The translations under genes were made by a program, and so were the position numbers. The notes beneath the pieces were generated by a model, which ran no database searches, had not been told where the DNA came from, and saw only the letters and a list, made by a program, of their open reading frames with translations. Source: Guillardia theta CCMP2712 (Eukaryota; Protista; Cryptophyta). Taken from it: a stretch of DNA of 64,000 nt. The stretch is taken from the NCBI RefSeq assembly GCF_000315625.1, contig NW_005434612.1:205038-269037 (forward strand), read 5' to 3'. Below are positions 1 through 11,433 of this stretch, one piece after another (the stretch's first letter is position 1; each line of letters begins with the position of its first letter).

Positions 1-538
1 CCTCGTCGTACTAGTTCTCCGCCTCTATCATCCTCACTTGTTTGCATCATCACAAGTAGTCGTTGTCGTCGTCCTCGACGAGCACATCTTCCTCTTTGGA
101 CGAGGAAGATGTGGAGGAGAGGATTATGCTGCTGATGCTGATCACCGCCAATATGATCAACGTGTCAATCCTGTCGAGAACATGCTGTTTTTTATGGTCC
201 TCTCCCTCCTTCAAGGAGAGGGTTGTAACAACAACAAGAGCATCCTCCGCCTGCCCCACCAACGTCTTCGTCCCCCCCTCCTCCTCCTCCTCCTCCTCCT
301 CCTCCTCCTCCTCCTCCTCCTCCTCCTCCTCCTTTGGTCACCACCACAGACTCAAAGAGAGTTTCTGCTGTGTCTCTGTTCGCCTCCTCGCCCGAGTAGG
401 CGGCAGAGGCGACACGCAGGATGGTGTCGATGAATTCTTCCCAGGAGATGGAGCCTGAGCTGTTGGAGTCTGTGGGGGAGTCAGTGGAGAGACGTATGAA
501 GACGATGCTGCTGCTGCTGATGATGCCGATGACGTCAG

Positions 539-585
<47 letters not shown>

Positions 586-598
586 CCGATGACTTCAG

Positions 599-640
<42 letters not shown>

Positions 641-720
641 CGATGATGGAGCAGGAGAAGAAGAAAGACATGGCGATGTTGAGGAAGAAAACAGGAGATT
701 GAGGAGAAACTGATGGTGGC

Positions 721-764
<44 letters not shown>

Positions 765-3069
765 CGTGACAGGTTGAGGTCAAGGTCGTGAAGGACATGT
801 CTCTAGATTCGAAACATACCGATGTTTCGGAATATCAGAGACATCGACTCGCGGCTGACGTTTCCTCCGAATTTCTCTTTGAAGACGTCGACCTGATATC
901 GCAGTGAGCAAGGCAGCAAGAGAGAAGGGAATATCGAGAATCAGCTGCAAGAAGCTTGACGATAGGATCAAGGAGCGGGTTACGAGGATGAACGTAGCTG
1001 GGGGGTGTGGGAATGCGAGGCAGTGGAAGGGGAGTGGAGGGGAAGGGGGGGGGGGGTATGGGAGGAGGCGAGGGAGGGAAAAAGGAGGAGGAGTACCATG
1101 TCCTCAAACTCGAGGTCGTTCCCTCGGAGCAGGAACTCTTCCCTGAGCTCGGGCAAGTGATCGGCATCGATCATGAAGAGCGACATCAGCTTCTCTGCCT
1201 GCCGTGAGAGATCAAGGAAGGGGCGAGTAGCTCGATGGTTAGGAAGAGAAGGGGGGAGTGTGCAAGGGGAACGAGGAGGTTAGGATAGGCAGGTGAGAGA
1301 GAAGAGTCCTGGCAAAGGGATGAAGTTGTAGGATGTTTAGGAGAAAGAACAGGAGAGAGGGCAGACGTTGAGATGAAGTGGGAAGGAGGAGGAGGAGGAG
1401 GATCAGGAAAAGGAGGAGGAGGAGGAGGAGGAGACAAATATGATGATTATGATTATGATGATTATGATGATGACGACGACGACGACGACGATGATGATGA
1501 TGATGATGATGATGAGGCGGAGGAGGAGGAGAAGGGTCACGAGCAAATGTAAATAAACCTCATTCTTGAACTGCTTCTTGTCCAGTACGATGTCGGTGAT
1601 GTCCTGCATTGTCAAGTCATCTTTGCACCTGATCGCTTTTATCCTCACCATCTTTTCCTTCTCCACGTCAGGATTTTCTGCCAGAGGGCGAAGGAGCCTC
1701 AGGTAGTTCTGCTGCAAGTTGCTCTTGCTGATTCCTGATACCCGGATCCTCACGTTCAGCCGCTTGCCCGCCAGCTGAAGAGCTTTCTGATACAAGGCGA
1801 AGCCGATCCCAGGGCAATCTTGCAGAAGAGTGAGATGATAAGATGAACACGGGGATGAAACGAAAGTAGATGTAGATGTAGGTGAAGGTGATGAAGAGCA
1901 GCCGATGAGAATTTTGAGGGCAACGAAGACAGTGACAGTGATCATGAGGACGAGGAGGAGGGCAAGATAAGTTCTTACCATCCAAGTCCTGGAACGAGCG
2001 CATGACGGCTCGCAGAATGGAAGCGGCGTCATCCTTGTCGAGGAAGGGATACGGCATCGGACCGCAGTAGGTCAGGGGATGGTGAGGCCAAAAACTTGAG
2101 TGCCAGTGATCCCTGGGCTTCCTCTCGCGCGAGAAGACGATCCCAAACATCAGCCACATGCCCAACACCTGACGAGGGAACAGAGTAAGACTGAGACGAG
2201 GGTGAGTTTGTGAGTCAGCGCGGCACACGAGAGCGAGAGGAAGCTAGAGGGAGCGAAGAGGAAGAGGTCAAGAGAGGACTAGAGGGCTAGGGAGGATAGG
2301 AGTGTGAGAGCAGAGGAGATGGGAGCAGATGGAAGCGACTTTGTGTGTCTGACCTGATGGACCTCAAGGTAGTTTGTTTCTTTGTCGAAGGTAATCTGCA
2401 ACTTGCGGTGATGTTCGAAGAGGTCCTGGCGGTAGAAAGCATCCTCCAGAATGAGTTGCAAGAGGTTGTTCCCAACCCGGAGCACTCTCAGAGCAAACTT
2501 GATCTTGATCTTGTTGTTCAGACCCAACATCGATGACGCCGACGCTGTACGGGAATACAAGAACCTTGAAACACTGCCCTCGCTCTTGTCAGCAAGGACG
2601 AAGTGGAAGCATGCTTTGATCCGATCGACCCGCTGGGACTTGAAGAAGGCGGAGGAGAGGAAGCTCTGATGCAGATCAAACCTGATGACCTCCCCCTGAC
2701 TTGGTTCCAAACACTGCACTGGGTCTGACGATTTAGACGTGTACGTCATGTCCAGGGAGAGGCGTTGGAAGGGGGCAGAGTCAGACTCCATGTTGATGAT
2801 GAGCACAGGGTTCAGGAGAGGCTCTTTGATGTAGATCTTCACTCGGTTCATCTCGTAGAACGAGGCGTCCTTCCCTTGCTCCAGCTCGAACTCAATCTCG
2901 CAGAAACTTGAGGAGGGAGCGAAGAGAATCTTAGATGGAGGAGGAGGAGGAGGAGGAGGCCCATCTACCGATCTCCTCCTCAAGCTCATCATTACCCTCC
3001 TCTTGTTGTTCACCTTGAGTCGACACTCCCCTCGTTCCCTTCCTCCCTTACTTCTACCACCTCCGCCAT
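1..3069 (-). CDS. Multi-exon EF-hand-containing protein, 3'-partial (continues off left edge); possibly WDR49/EFCAB8-like
   Basis: ATG at 3069 (MAE), 47-nt intron, then the long exon from 3013. Splicing exons ~1198-1097, 892-820 and 469-~345 gives LREEFLLRGNDLEFEDM-VDVFKEKFGGNVSRESMSLIFRNI-DSNSSGSISWEEFIDTIL, a canonical EF-hand loop (DxNxSGxISxxE). The family assignment is inference only. Confidence 0.65.
278..332. repeat. (CCT)n microsatellite, intronic
   Basis: Directly visible; lies in an intron of the EF-hand gene. Confidence 0.95.
505..762. repeat. Compound (ATG)n and (CAG)n microsatellites filling intron 470-819
   Basis: Directly visible; explains the poly-M/poly-I/poly-C spurious ORFs. 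Confidence 0.95.
1384..1530. repeat. Compound (GGA)n/(GAT)n/(GAC)n microsatellites, intronic
   Basis: Directly visible. Confidence 0.9.
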
Positions 3070-3284
3070 TTCAACGGCGAACGCCTGCCCAGGCCCTCTC
3101 AGGGTCTGATTGACGTTTTTTTTCAGTCACTGATAGAGACTTTCGTGGTTGGAGTAGCGGTTTTCGCTGCCTCCTTGGTTTCCTAGTATTTCATTGAGGC
3201 GGGGTTGTAGGCTTTATCCTCCCCCTCCTTTGTTTCCTCCGGTTTGCCCTTCTTTTTCAGTCCGACAATAAAAGATAGAGACAG

Positions 3285-3430
3285 GCTCCGGCGAACTGCC
3301 GCCCTGGCCGCAGCCCGGCGCCACCGGCCGGCCCGGCCCGGCAACCGACCTAGCAGAAGCTACTCCTCTCGTCGCCCACGGACGTTGGAGGCCCGGGTTC
3401 TGAGAATTCACCGGCCCGAGGCAGTGGACT
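3285..3430. other. Intergenic CCGG-rich island
   Basis: Dense CCGG/CCCGG cluster upstream of the EF-hand gene start. Confidence 0.6.
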
Positions 3431-3650
3431 CAAAAAGTGTCATAGTATGGTTTATGATGACAGGTGAAACGGTACAAAATCATACAAAACCCGCAAACTT
3501 GGAATGCCACATAGATGTCCGCGGCATCGCTCAGCTCAGGTCGTAACAAAGAATAAGAAGCATCAAGATCAACGGGGCGACTTGTTATCCAACAGTACTG
3601 GATCTGCTGCATCCAGATACTCCCGGTTATGTTGAGGGCCGGCACGCTTG

Positions 3651-6570
3651 TCAGGCGCGGCCGGAGTCAGCAGCCAAGGGGATCGCGTTCATCACGGGCG
3701 AAGCCTGAGGGTCTTTCTGCCAGTAGTAGTTCCCCCCTGAGATGGCTGTTACCTGCCAGCGGGTCAGACCTACTGGGCCCTCCACCTCCAAGGGAACCTT
3801 CTTGATGGCAGGCGTGTGCTTCTTGCCGTCTCCATATCTGCGGTAGAACATGTTGTCCGTGGGGGCGAGCATCGAGTGCAGGCCGAGCTTGAGCCCCTTG
3901 CCGATGAGCAGCCGGTGTCTCGGTTTGATCCGCTGCTCAAGGCTGTAGGCGAGAAGCTGGGGCGACGACACGAGCTGAGAAGAGGATCAGCACAGCTCGC
4001 AGCGCCAGGTGGGCGGTGGGCACCTGTTGGCGGATGACCTCCTCGTCCACCTTGATCTCTCGGACGAGGTAGTGGATCTTGGGCCGCAGGTTGTGCTCGA
4101 TGCTCAGCCCAAGGAGGCTCGGGTACTTGGTCACGATGGCTCCAACTTGTGCCCGGGTCAGCCCAACCTCCTCCAGCAGGAAGCCAACAGTCGGCCTAAG
4201 GTTGCGGTCGACACTGCCAGGCGTCAGAGGTCACGTGGTCACGTGGCTGCTGAGGGCACCTGCATCCAACGATCTTGGGACACTTCTCAACGACGACTCC
4301 GATCTTCTCCTTGGGGATCCCGACCTCCTCTATCAAGTACTTGGCCTGCTCTGCCATCATTCCCCACACCAAGGTCGCATCCTCTGCCTTACCATGGGCC
4401 GGAGTTTCGTCTCCACGCTGTACCCCAAGATCTGAGGATGAGTAGACACGAGCTTGCCCATCCGTTCCCGCGGAATCCCGAGCTCTCCATGCAGGTAGGC
4501 GACCGTTGGCCTGAGGTTGTCCTGCGAGGAGGAGTAGATGGTCAGACTGAGAGAAGTTCTGACGATGTTTGAGCACCTTGATCTTGTAGGCGAGGATGTG
4601 CGGGAAGGATGCAATGGTCTTGCCAAGCCTGGACTTGGGGATCCCGACCTGGAGGGAGGGGTGAGCGAGGAGGAGCGCACGTGTCGTGTCACCTCCTTGA
4701 CCAAGAAGTCGATGTGCATCCTGATGTTGTCATCGAGGGAGAGGCCGAAGAGCTGGGGGAAGGAGCTGAATATCTTGGACAGCTTCTCAGCGGGCACGTC
4801 AGCCCCGACCAGCAGGTACTGCATCATCGGGCGGAGGTTCAGGTCGACGCTAAGGCCCAGCAGGTGTGGGTAAGAGCAGATAACCCGCCCGATCTGCTCG
4901 CGGTTGATCCCTACCTCATCCCAAAGGTACTGGACCGTAGGCTTGAGGTTGTTCTCCAGGGAGTAAGACATGACCTTTGGATGCAGTTTGAGGATCCTGC
5001 TCATCTTTTCGATCGGGATTCCGATCTTCATCAGCCATTGGAACACAGGGCGCATCTGATTGTTCACGCAGCAGGAGAGGATGGAGGGGTATGCCAGCAC
5101 AAGCTGCCCCAGGTCCTCTGCCTTGATCTTCATCTCGTTCCTGAAGAACCCGATAACCTCCGATGTCACTGTCCTGTGATCGGCGGCCAGGAGGCGAGGA
5201 GAGGTCTGAAGAATCTTCACTATCTCCTCGTGCTGGAGCTTCAGGTTTTCCATGTAGAACGCAATCCTGGGCTTCAGGTCGTACTCCACATCCAGGGAGA
5301 GGATGGAAGGGAAGCTGCTGCTCAGGGAGGTGATCTTGGTGGGTTCGATGCGCAATTCACGTTGCAGAAAGTCGACGATAGCCCTTGAGACATCGGCGTC
5401 GATGTTGAGCATTTCAGGATGAGCGTTGATCATGCTACAAATCTTCTCCCTCCCAATGTTCATCTCGTTCTTGAGGAAATCGATCGACAGCCTGACCTTG
5501 GACGCTGGCTTCGGCTCGCAGTGCCTGAGGTAGTTCTCAGCTATCCACGCTGCTCGGTCACTGTTCAGCATCAGGCAAGTTTCCAACAGAGTCTTCAGGT
5601 CTTTCTTGTACTGCACTTTGTCTATCACCTTGTGCTGAACTCCAACATCCCCGTCCACCTCCAGCCCTGGAATCGTGTGCAAGAAAGCTTTCAGCCTCAT
5701 CAGCTGCTTCTCTCTCTCCCTCGTCATCTCTTCTCGAATCTGTACCTTCCACTGATCCTGCAACGAGGTCTCGGCAGCCGTGCCGTGGTGATCTTGAACG
5801 CTCGCAGCCTCCAAGGTCACCGTTCCTTCCATCTCCTGCCCAACCGCCTTGTCCTCACCATCCTCCTCGTTCCTCACCAGCGATTCAATCAGCGTCCTCA
5901 GCGTGACGAGCTGTCTTTCTCGCTCGGTCGCCAGCTCATTCCTGATCCTCAGCACCTCCAACTGGGTTTCGCTCTTCTTCAGGTCTACAAGGAACATCCG
6001 AGTCTGTGCTGCCGCCACTTCCATCGTGTCCTCCATGCCTTTCAGGTTCTCCCTTCCTAGCGTGATTTTTTCCTGCAGCTCTGCGATCCTTCTGCCCACC
6101 TTCAAGTTGGAAGCCTTCACAAACGCCTTCTCGGTGTCCAGCTGCTTCTCGATCCCCTCCACAACCTCCTTGTAGGCAAGGAACTGGTTCTTGCTGCTCT
6201 CCAGGTTCTTCTGCAGCTTCTGAATCTCGTTCCTCTGTAGAGAAGACGTCAGTGAGGGCCACACAAACCACGCCATGCGCACCTTGCCATTCAGAATCAT
6301 CTTCTGCCCCTCTACATCGATGCGATAGTTGCTCCTCTGGCATATCAGCTCAAACTGAGACGTTCTTCCCTTTGTCTTCTCGTTCAACCATGCCCAGGTC
6401 TTGGTCATGTTGTTCTCTTCACGATGGGGTGCACTCATTGACACGCTCACCCTCCTTGTCCTTCCCAACATGCTCCAAACTGGAGCAAAGCATAACGATT
6501 CTGAATGCCTGGTGTCCGCTGGGATGACGGAGACGCCTATGAGGAGGCACACCATTGTAGCAAGTCGCAT
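3651..6570 (-). CDS. mTERF-family protein with N-terminal coiled coil, probably plastid-targeted
   Basis: More than 10 mTERF repeats (e.g. HPKVMSYSLENNLKPTVQYL, YPHLLGLSVDLNLRPMMQYL, SPQLLAYSLEQRIKPRH). N-terminus is a hydrophobic signal, then LC-FAP, then an Arg/Ser-rich transit-like stretch. Several short introns. Confidence 0.9.
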
Positions 6571-6879
6571 TGTGCTCTCAGCGAGAAGGAAGTGAAATTT
6601 ACACGGGCAAATCCAGGAGCTCTTCCCTGCTACTTCACCGCATACACCTGGCCTAACCTCCCACCCTAATGAAAGGTTTCTAGCACTTTGCTTGAATGAG
6701 CTTGTTCCTACTGTCGCCCAGCCTTTCTCCTTCTGAACTTCTTGTCGTGTCCTTCTCCTCCTCCAGCACTCCTCTCCTCCCCTTTCAATCTTCTTCTTTC
6801 CCTCTCAAGCTCTTCCCCCCCTCAAGCTCTTCTATTGCCCCATTAACCACGAGCCCACACCCATCGCCACTTCCCCTGG

Positions 6880-7340
6880 TGATCAAGGGGTGGTTTCCCC
6901 AACCCCGTTATCTCAATACGAAAATATTCAGTCAAATATTTATGTAGTAGAATATCAAAATCATATTAGTCATAAGATTAAATTTTCTCAACCAAAGAAA
7001 AGTTTACTCGATTTTAGTACCCCCGCAGGAAAGATTCTGCGGGGTACTCTCAAGGACCAACGCCTCCGTCAAAAACTCGACCCGCCTCAGTGTCGCCCCA
7101 CCCATTTGGGGTAGACTACCCTACCCTCCAAAAGGTCACCACCCCCGGGAACAATGCACAAGACCCCCACCCTTTCTCAGTTTCCCCCTGATTTCCCCAC
7201 CCCCTCAGGCATCACACCCCCTTTAAATCCATCTAAAGGACCCCCATTTTTTAACAAAATCCTCTGGAAACGATTAGTATCGAGGGTGGGGTACTAGGAC
7301 GTCTGTGTAGGGGTAGTCCTGATCACCACCCCTACATTTC
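6880..7340. promoter_or_regulatory. Divergent intergenic region with clustered ACCCC(T)AC / GGGGTA(C/G) motifs
   Basis: GTACCCCC, CTACCCTACCC, GGGTGGGGTAC, GTAGGGGTAG and ACCACCCCTAC lie between mTERF(-) and the 7440(+) gene. Confidence 0.45.
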
Positions 7341-7439
7341 ATCGACAAGGCGTACATGTGGGCCCGCTCCAGCACAGGCAAATCCGTTAATTGTCGTTAC
7401 GGTTCTGTCTCTTCACCGGCTCTGCTTGAGGTGTGGGGC

Positions 7440-7872
7440 ATGCGGCGGGAGGGAGTAGCGGCTGTGCTGCTTGCCATGGCGGGGGCGATGCTTCTGCTGA
7501 TGAGCACGAGAATGCGAGGAAACGAAATGAAGACATCAACAAGATCCGCGCTTGAAGACACCGAGATCGATAAGCTGACCATGGAGCACATAAAGATGTG
7601 CTGTTCTACGGTGAGATGTTGCTGGTAGCGCGAGGTGGGGATGAATCTGACGAGATCTGGTGCAGGTCCCATGGCCTTGCTGTCAGCACGAGTCTTGTTG
7701 TGATGCCTGGGAGGATGAAGGGCTGGATGAGGTGACACGAGCAATGGGGTTGTTACGAAGGAGTTAACTTGGTTTCCAGGTTGCGGACAAGTCTGTGCCA
7801 ACAGTTCTGTATCAAATTCCCAAGAGACTGTTGAAACCAATTAGAATGGTGAACAACAACGTGTATAATTGA
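7440..7872 (+). CDS. Small (~110 aa) signal/anchor-bearing protein with three Cys-Cys pairs
   Basis: Three exons (7440-7610, ~7666-7731, 7780-7872) splice in frame: MRREGVAAVLLAMAGAMLLLMS...KMCCSTVPWPCCQHESCCDAWEDEGLDEVADKSVPTVLYQIPKRLLKPIRMVNNNVYN*. Confidence 0.6.
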
Positions 7873-8072
7873 ACACATGGTCAGACCATGTGAACACCAC
7901 GTCACGAAACTCTCGATTATCCAGTGCATGAGCGCATAGTGTAGATTTGTCTCCAGCTTCTATTCCTTCTTTCTTACATAAACAATGATTTGCGTCAAAG
8001 ATGCAGTCTGCAATGTTGCAGGAAGCATCAAGAGTTAGCAGGATGCTAAGAATGATGGATGAGCCAACTGGA

Positions 8073-10012
8073 TCATTGAGCATCCTGACGCTGATAATGC
8101 TGTGGTCAGGAAGAGGGGATCGAACACATGCTGAACGTGTACCGCGCGATGAGATTCTTTGATGCGCAGAGCAGCCTCTTGGACCTGGACCGGCAGGAGT
8201 GAGGAGGCGAGGCGAGGGAAGGGCAGAAAGCACTCACAGCGCTTCTGTCCGCATCTCTCTGTATGACGTTCTTGGCCTCCATTTCCTCCTCGAGGTCAGC
8301 CTGCTCCATACGATGGGAGATGAGCGCGGCAACGATGCAGAGAGCAGGAGGACGAACCTGATCCACCTTCTGTCTTGCCTTCGTCTTGGAGACCACCTGA
8401 ACATCAGAGCATCATCGCACGGCTGGGGAGGTCAAGTTACTACAGCGACCTTGGCGTCGTGCAGGCTGAAAGCCGTGTTGTATCTGGGGCGAGCAGCACA
8501 AGAGTAAGGAGGGAGCTGGCAAGAACGTAGCCTTGTTACTCTTTGAAGGTGTCGCCACGAGCTCTTCTTTCGATCAGTTCCTGCACTGTTCCTCCCATCC
8601 GCAAGTATCTGACCCATCAAACGTGTAAAGGACAGGAAAGCGGCGCTAGCGAGGTCAGCTGACTCCTACCGTCCCTCCCAATCGTTGGGAGCTCTTTCGG
8701 GTTTGAAAACGTAGACCCTCTTGTCCTGTCTTGCGCATGACTGATGTTCGCCTGGATACAACACAAGTGTACCTCCTCCTTTTCACCATGCGAGAAAGAC
8801 ACCAGCCCCATGCACTGTTCCACCACAAACACATTCAAGGAGACTTCTCGACACATCTGAAGAAAACCTCTGCTTCATCCTGCATCCACATGTGAGCACA
8901 TGGCCAGCAACCAATCGAGTAGGATCTGACTTTTACGATGACGCGATGAATATAATCTGATGGAGGAAATTCGTGATACTCTTTCTCCCCTTCTTGGAAC
9001 GATTGAAGGGTCTGAACTTGGTATCACAAAACAAACATCCCATGTGATGATTTTACATTTTGGACCCAAAGAATATATTGTTCGCGTTGAGCCTTCTCTT
9101 CTGCCTTCCGTTCTTCTTCAGCCTGTTCATTCATCGCAAAGGGCAAAATTACATGAGTAAAACGATCAAAGTGCTTCTGTTACTTACCTCCCGTCTCTTT
9201 CGTTTGGCTTCAGCCTCCTTCAAGCAACGGTATGAGCATGTTGTATATAGCCCCAAGGTTGACTTACTGCCGGAGTCGGAGCTCTTTGATCATTCTGGAT
9301 GGATCCTAATATTGAACCTAGACCTCCAAGTTTTGCTCCCCCTCCTCCCTATCATGTAGCCGCTTGTTACACGATGGAATAAGGAAAAGCCGCAGGGTTT
9401 GGCTCAAACCTTTGAGTTCGCGCTCTTAGATTGAGATGGCTGATTTGCTTTAGGTTGATTTGTACTGCTGCCATCGGTCTTGGCCTTCTTCTTGACTACA
9501 AGCAACAAGTCAGCCTCAACATGAATGCCACAGCTCCCCTCTCGACCAGATTCTTGTACACTTTCCTCTTGCTGTTTGTCCTTGACCTGTGATGGGTTCT
9601 GAGGCACTTCTACAACCACACATGGAGTCAGCTTGTTCTGCAACAACCGGCAAGTGCATCAAAACCAAATTTCGGAGGTTCCCAGCTCTGTTCACCAGTC
9701 TTTGAGTTGAACCTGAAGTCAACATGAGGTAAGCTCACAAGTCTCACCCCTACCAATAATGCTTCTTCCAAGTGTTGGACCAGTGCTTGGACCAGCCGGG
9801 GGGCAGAATCTCCTCTCCTGACATGCTCCGTCCCTTCAGATGCTCGCCAATCCATGCATCGTCCTGACGAGAAATAATCATCCTTTGTGCATGGACTGAA
9901 AGGAGGGAAAAGAAGCAAGATGGAGAAGTTCTGAGAGAAATCTTCAAACAGTTTGATGTCCTTTCCTCCTCACTGAAACAATCCCTAGCACATCCTCAAC
10001 AACCGCCGCCAT
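8073..10012 (-). CDS. WW-domain + SPAG7-like R3H-domain protein
   Basis: WW: LPPGWSKHWSNTWKKHYW-FNSKTGEQSWEPP. Spliced R3H: YHEFPPSDYIHRVIVK-DEAE-CMGLVSFSHGEKEE-DKRVYVFKPERAPNDWE, which aligns by eye with the SPAG7 R3H region. C-terminus QRDADRSAVQEAALRIK. Start is uncertain (10012 or 9824). Confidence 0.7.
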
Positions 10013-10713
10013 ACCCTCCCAACCTCGCATTCACAGCGTCGCCCTCCCTACCAGAACTCGAGTAACGAGGCCGAGGACGCCCCTTACTCCATATGTTCAC
10101 TCAACTAAATAAAAGAGAGCCTGCACCAGAGCATCACTTAGAAATGACTAAGGGACATCAATTAGAACATGTCATTACGCTCTTCCCGTCTGCACTCGTC
10201 GCTCTATCAGTTAGCTATGAGCTATGCTCTACGAAGTCGGATCAGTCAGCCTGAAGGCTGCCAGACTCTACTGATGTCTCTCCCCTTTCAGTTTGTCTCC
10301 TCAGGTTCGCCTTGGCACTCCCCGCCACTTCATTGAGCTCGACTCGGCGATCGAAGCACACCTGTGATAGTCCACTTTCTGAAGAACAATTTAACCAGGA
10401 ACTGCGACTCTCTGCTCTGCAGTCAGTGGTAGACAAGCATGTCTGTTTTGTCAATCGATCAACGTTGGGGTCTGAATCCTCCACACAAACATCCTTAATC
10501 CTTGTTGCTGAGAAGCGTTTTCAGGTTCGTGAGAAGAATTGATGCAACGATGTGTTAATGAAGAATTGATACAACGATGTGCCATTTAATGGCACGAGGC
10601 AGTTCATCATTGCAGACAAATTTTACTTATGCAGCCTTTGATTTACCAGTAATGCTAGTTCGACCTAACAAGAACATTTTTCAAGTTTGTATATCCAGCT
10701 TTGTTTCGGTTCA

Positions 10714-11433
10714 TCAGAATCGTTCCCCATTCGAAGCAAAAGATCTACTGTACATGCCCATGATCTGGTCCATCCTGTAGCATACTCCCCGCTCCTCTTC
10801 TACCTCCTCCTCATCCACCGGAAAGCCGCAGTACCATGCACACCATTCTTCCTCCGCTTCCCTCCTCCTCCTCATCTCCTCGTCCTCGGACCCCGCACTC
10901 TCCTCCCCTGCGCTCTCCTCCTCCACGAGCTCCTCTAGATGCATCCTGTCCTCAGCCTCGCATGCCGGCTTCTGATCGGCTGCCGTATTGCGCGAGGGCC
11001 CCCGCGTACCTCCTGCCCGGCGGCCAGATCTCCACTTGCTCACCCCAAGAGCCTTGCAGGCGTTCTTGAAAGCCGTCAGTGAGATCCCGAGCTTCTCCGC
11101 TGCCTCGGACTGCCGCAGGTGCAGGAGACGGACGATGTCCGGGTAAGTGAGGGGGACGGCATGGTTCTTGTCCGACGGAGATGAGGCAGAGGGTCTCCGT
11201 CTCCGGGGGAAGATGAGGTGGTGGCGGAGGAGGGAGGAGGGAGGAGGGGGGTAGGCAGGGGAGGGGGAGGGGTCTTGGGAGGACTGGTCAAGGGAGGAAG
11301 GAGGCGGGGAGGGGAACATGGGCGAGGAAGGAGGAGGGAAGGAGGATGAGGTAGAAGACATGGGAGGAGAAGGAAACAGGAGGGGTGACCTGTGGAACAG
11401 GAGGCAAATCAATTGACGCGGTATCGTGACCAT
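10714..11433 (-). CDS. RWP-RK domain transcription factor, copy A (intronless; start may be ATG 11319)
   Basis: LTYPDIVRLLHLRQSEAAEKLGISLTAFKNACKALGVSKWR is an RWP-RK domain with a KWR variant. Confidence 0.85.
   Translation of the reverse strand: MVTIPRQLICLLFHRSPLLFPSPPMSSTSSSFPPPSSPMFPSPPPSSLDQSSQDPSPSPAYPPPPSSLLRHHLIFPRRRRPSASSPSDKNHAVPLTYPDIVRLLHLRQSEAAEKLGISLTAFKNACKALGVSKWRSGRRAGGTRGPSRNTAADQKPACEAEDRMHLEELVEEESAGEESAGSEDEEMRRRREAEEEWCAWYCGFPVDEEEVEEERGVCYRMDQIMGMYSRSFASNGERF

Noticed and set aside
38-800. Poly-Met, poly-Ile, poly-Leu and poly-Cys ORFs
   Set aside because: They are translations of intronic microsatellites in the minus-strand EF-hand gene.
7841-8233. 130-aa minus ORF overlapping the 7440 gene
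   Set aside because: The spliced WW-R3H model ends at 8073 in another frame.
9700-9830. WW gene as PCIF1 or Pin1
   Set aside because: No NPPF methyltransferase or rotamase motif downstream; R3H fits instead.
10242-10542. Short ORFs downstream of RWP-RK copy A
   Set aside because: No recognisable motif or consistent splice model.
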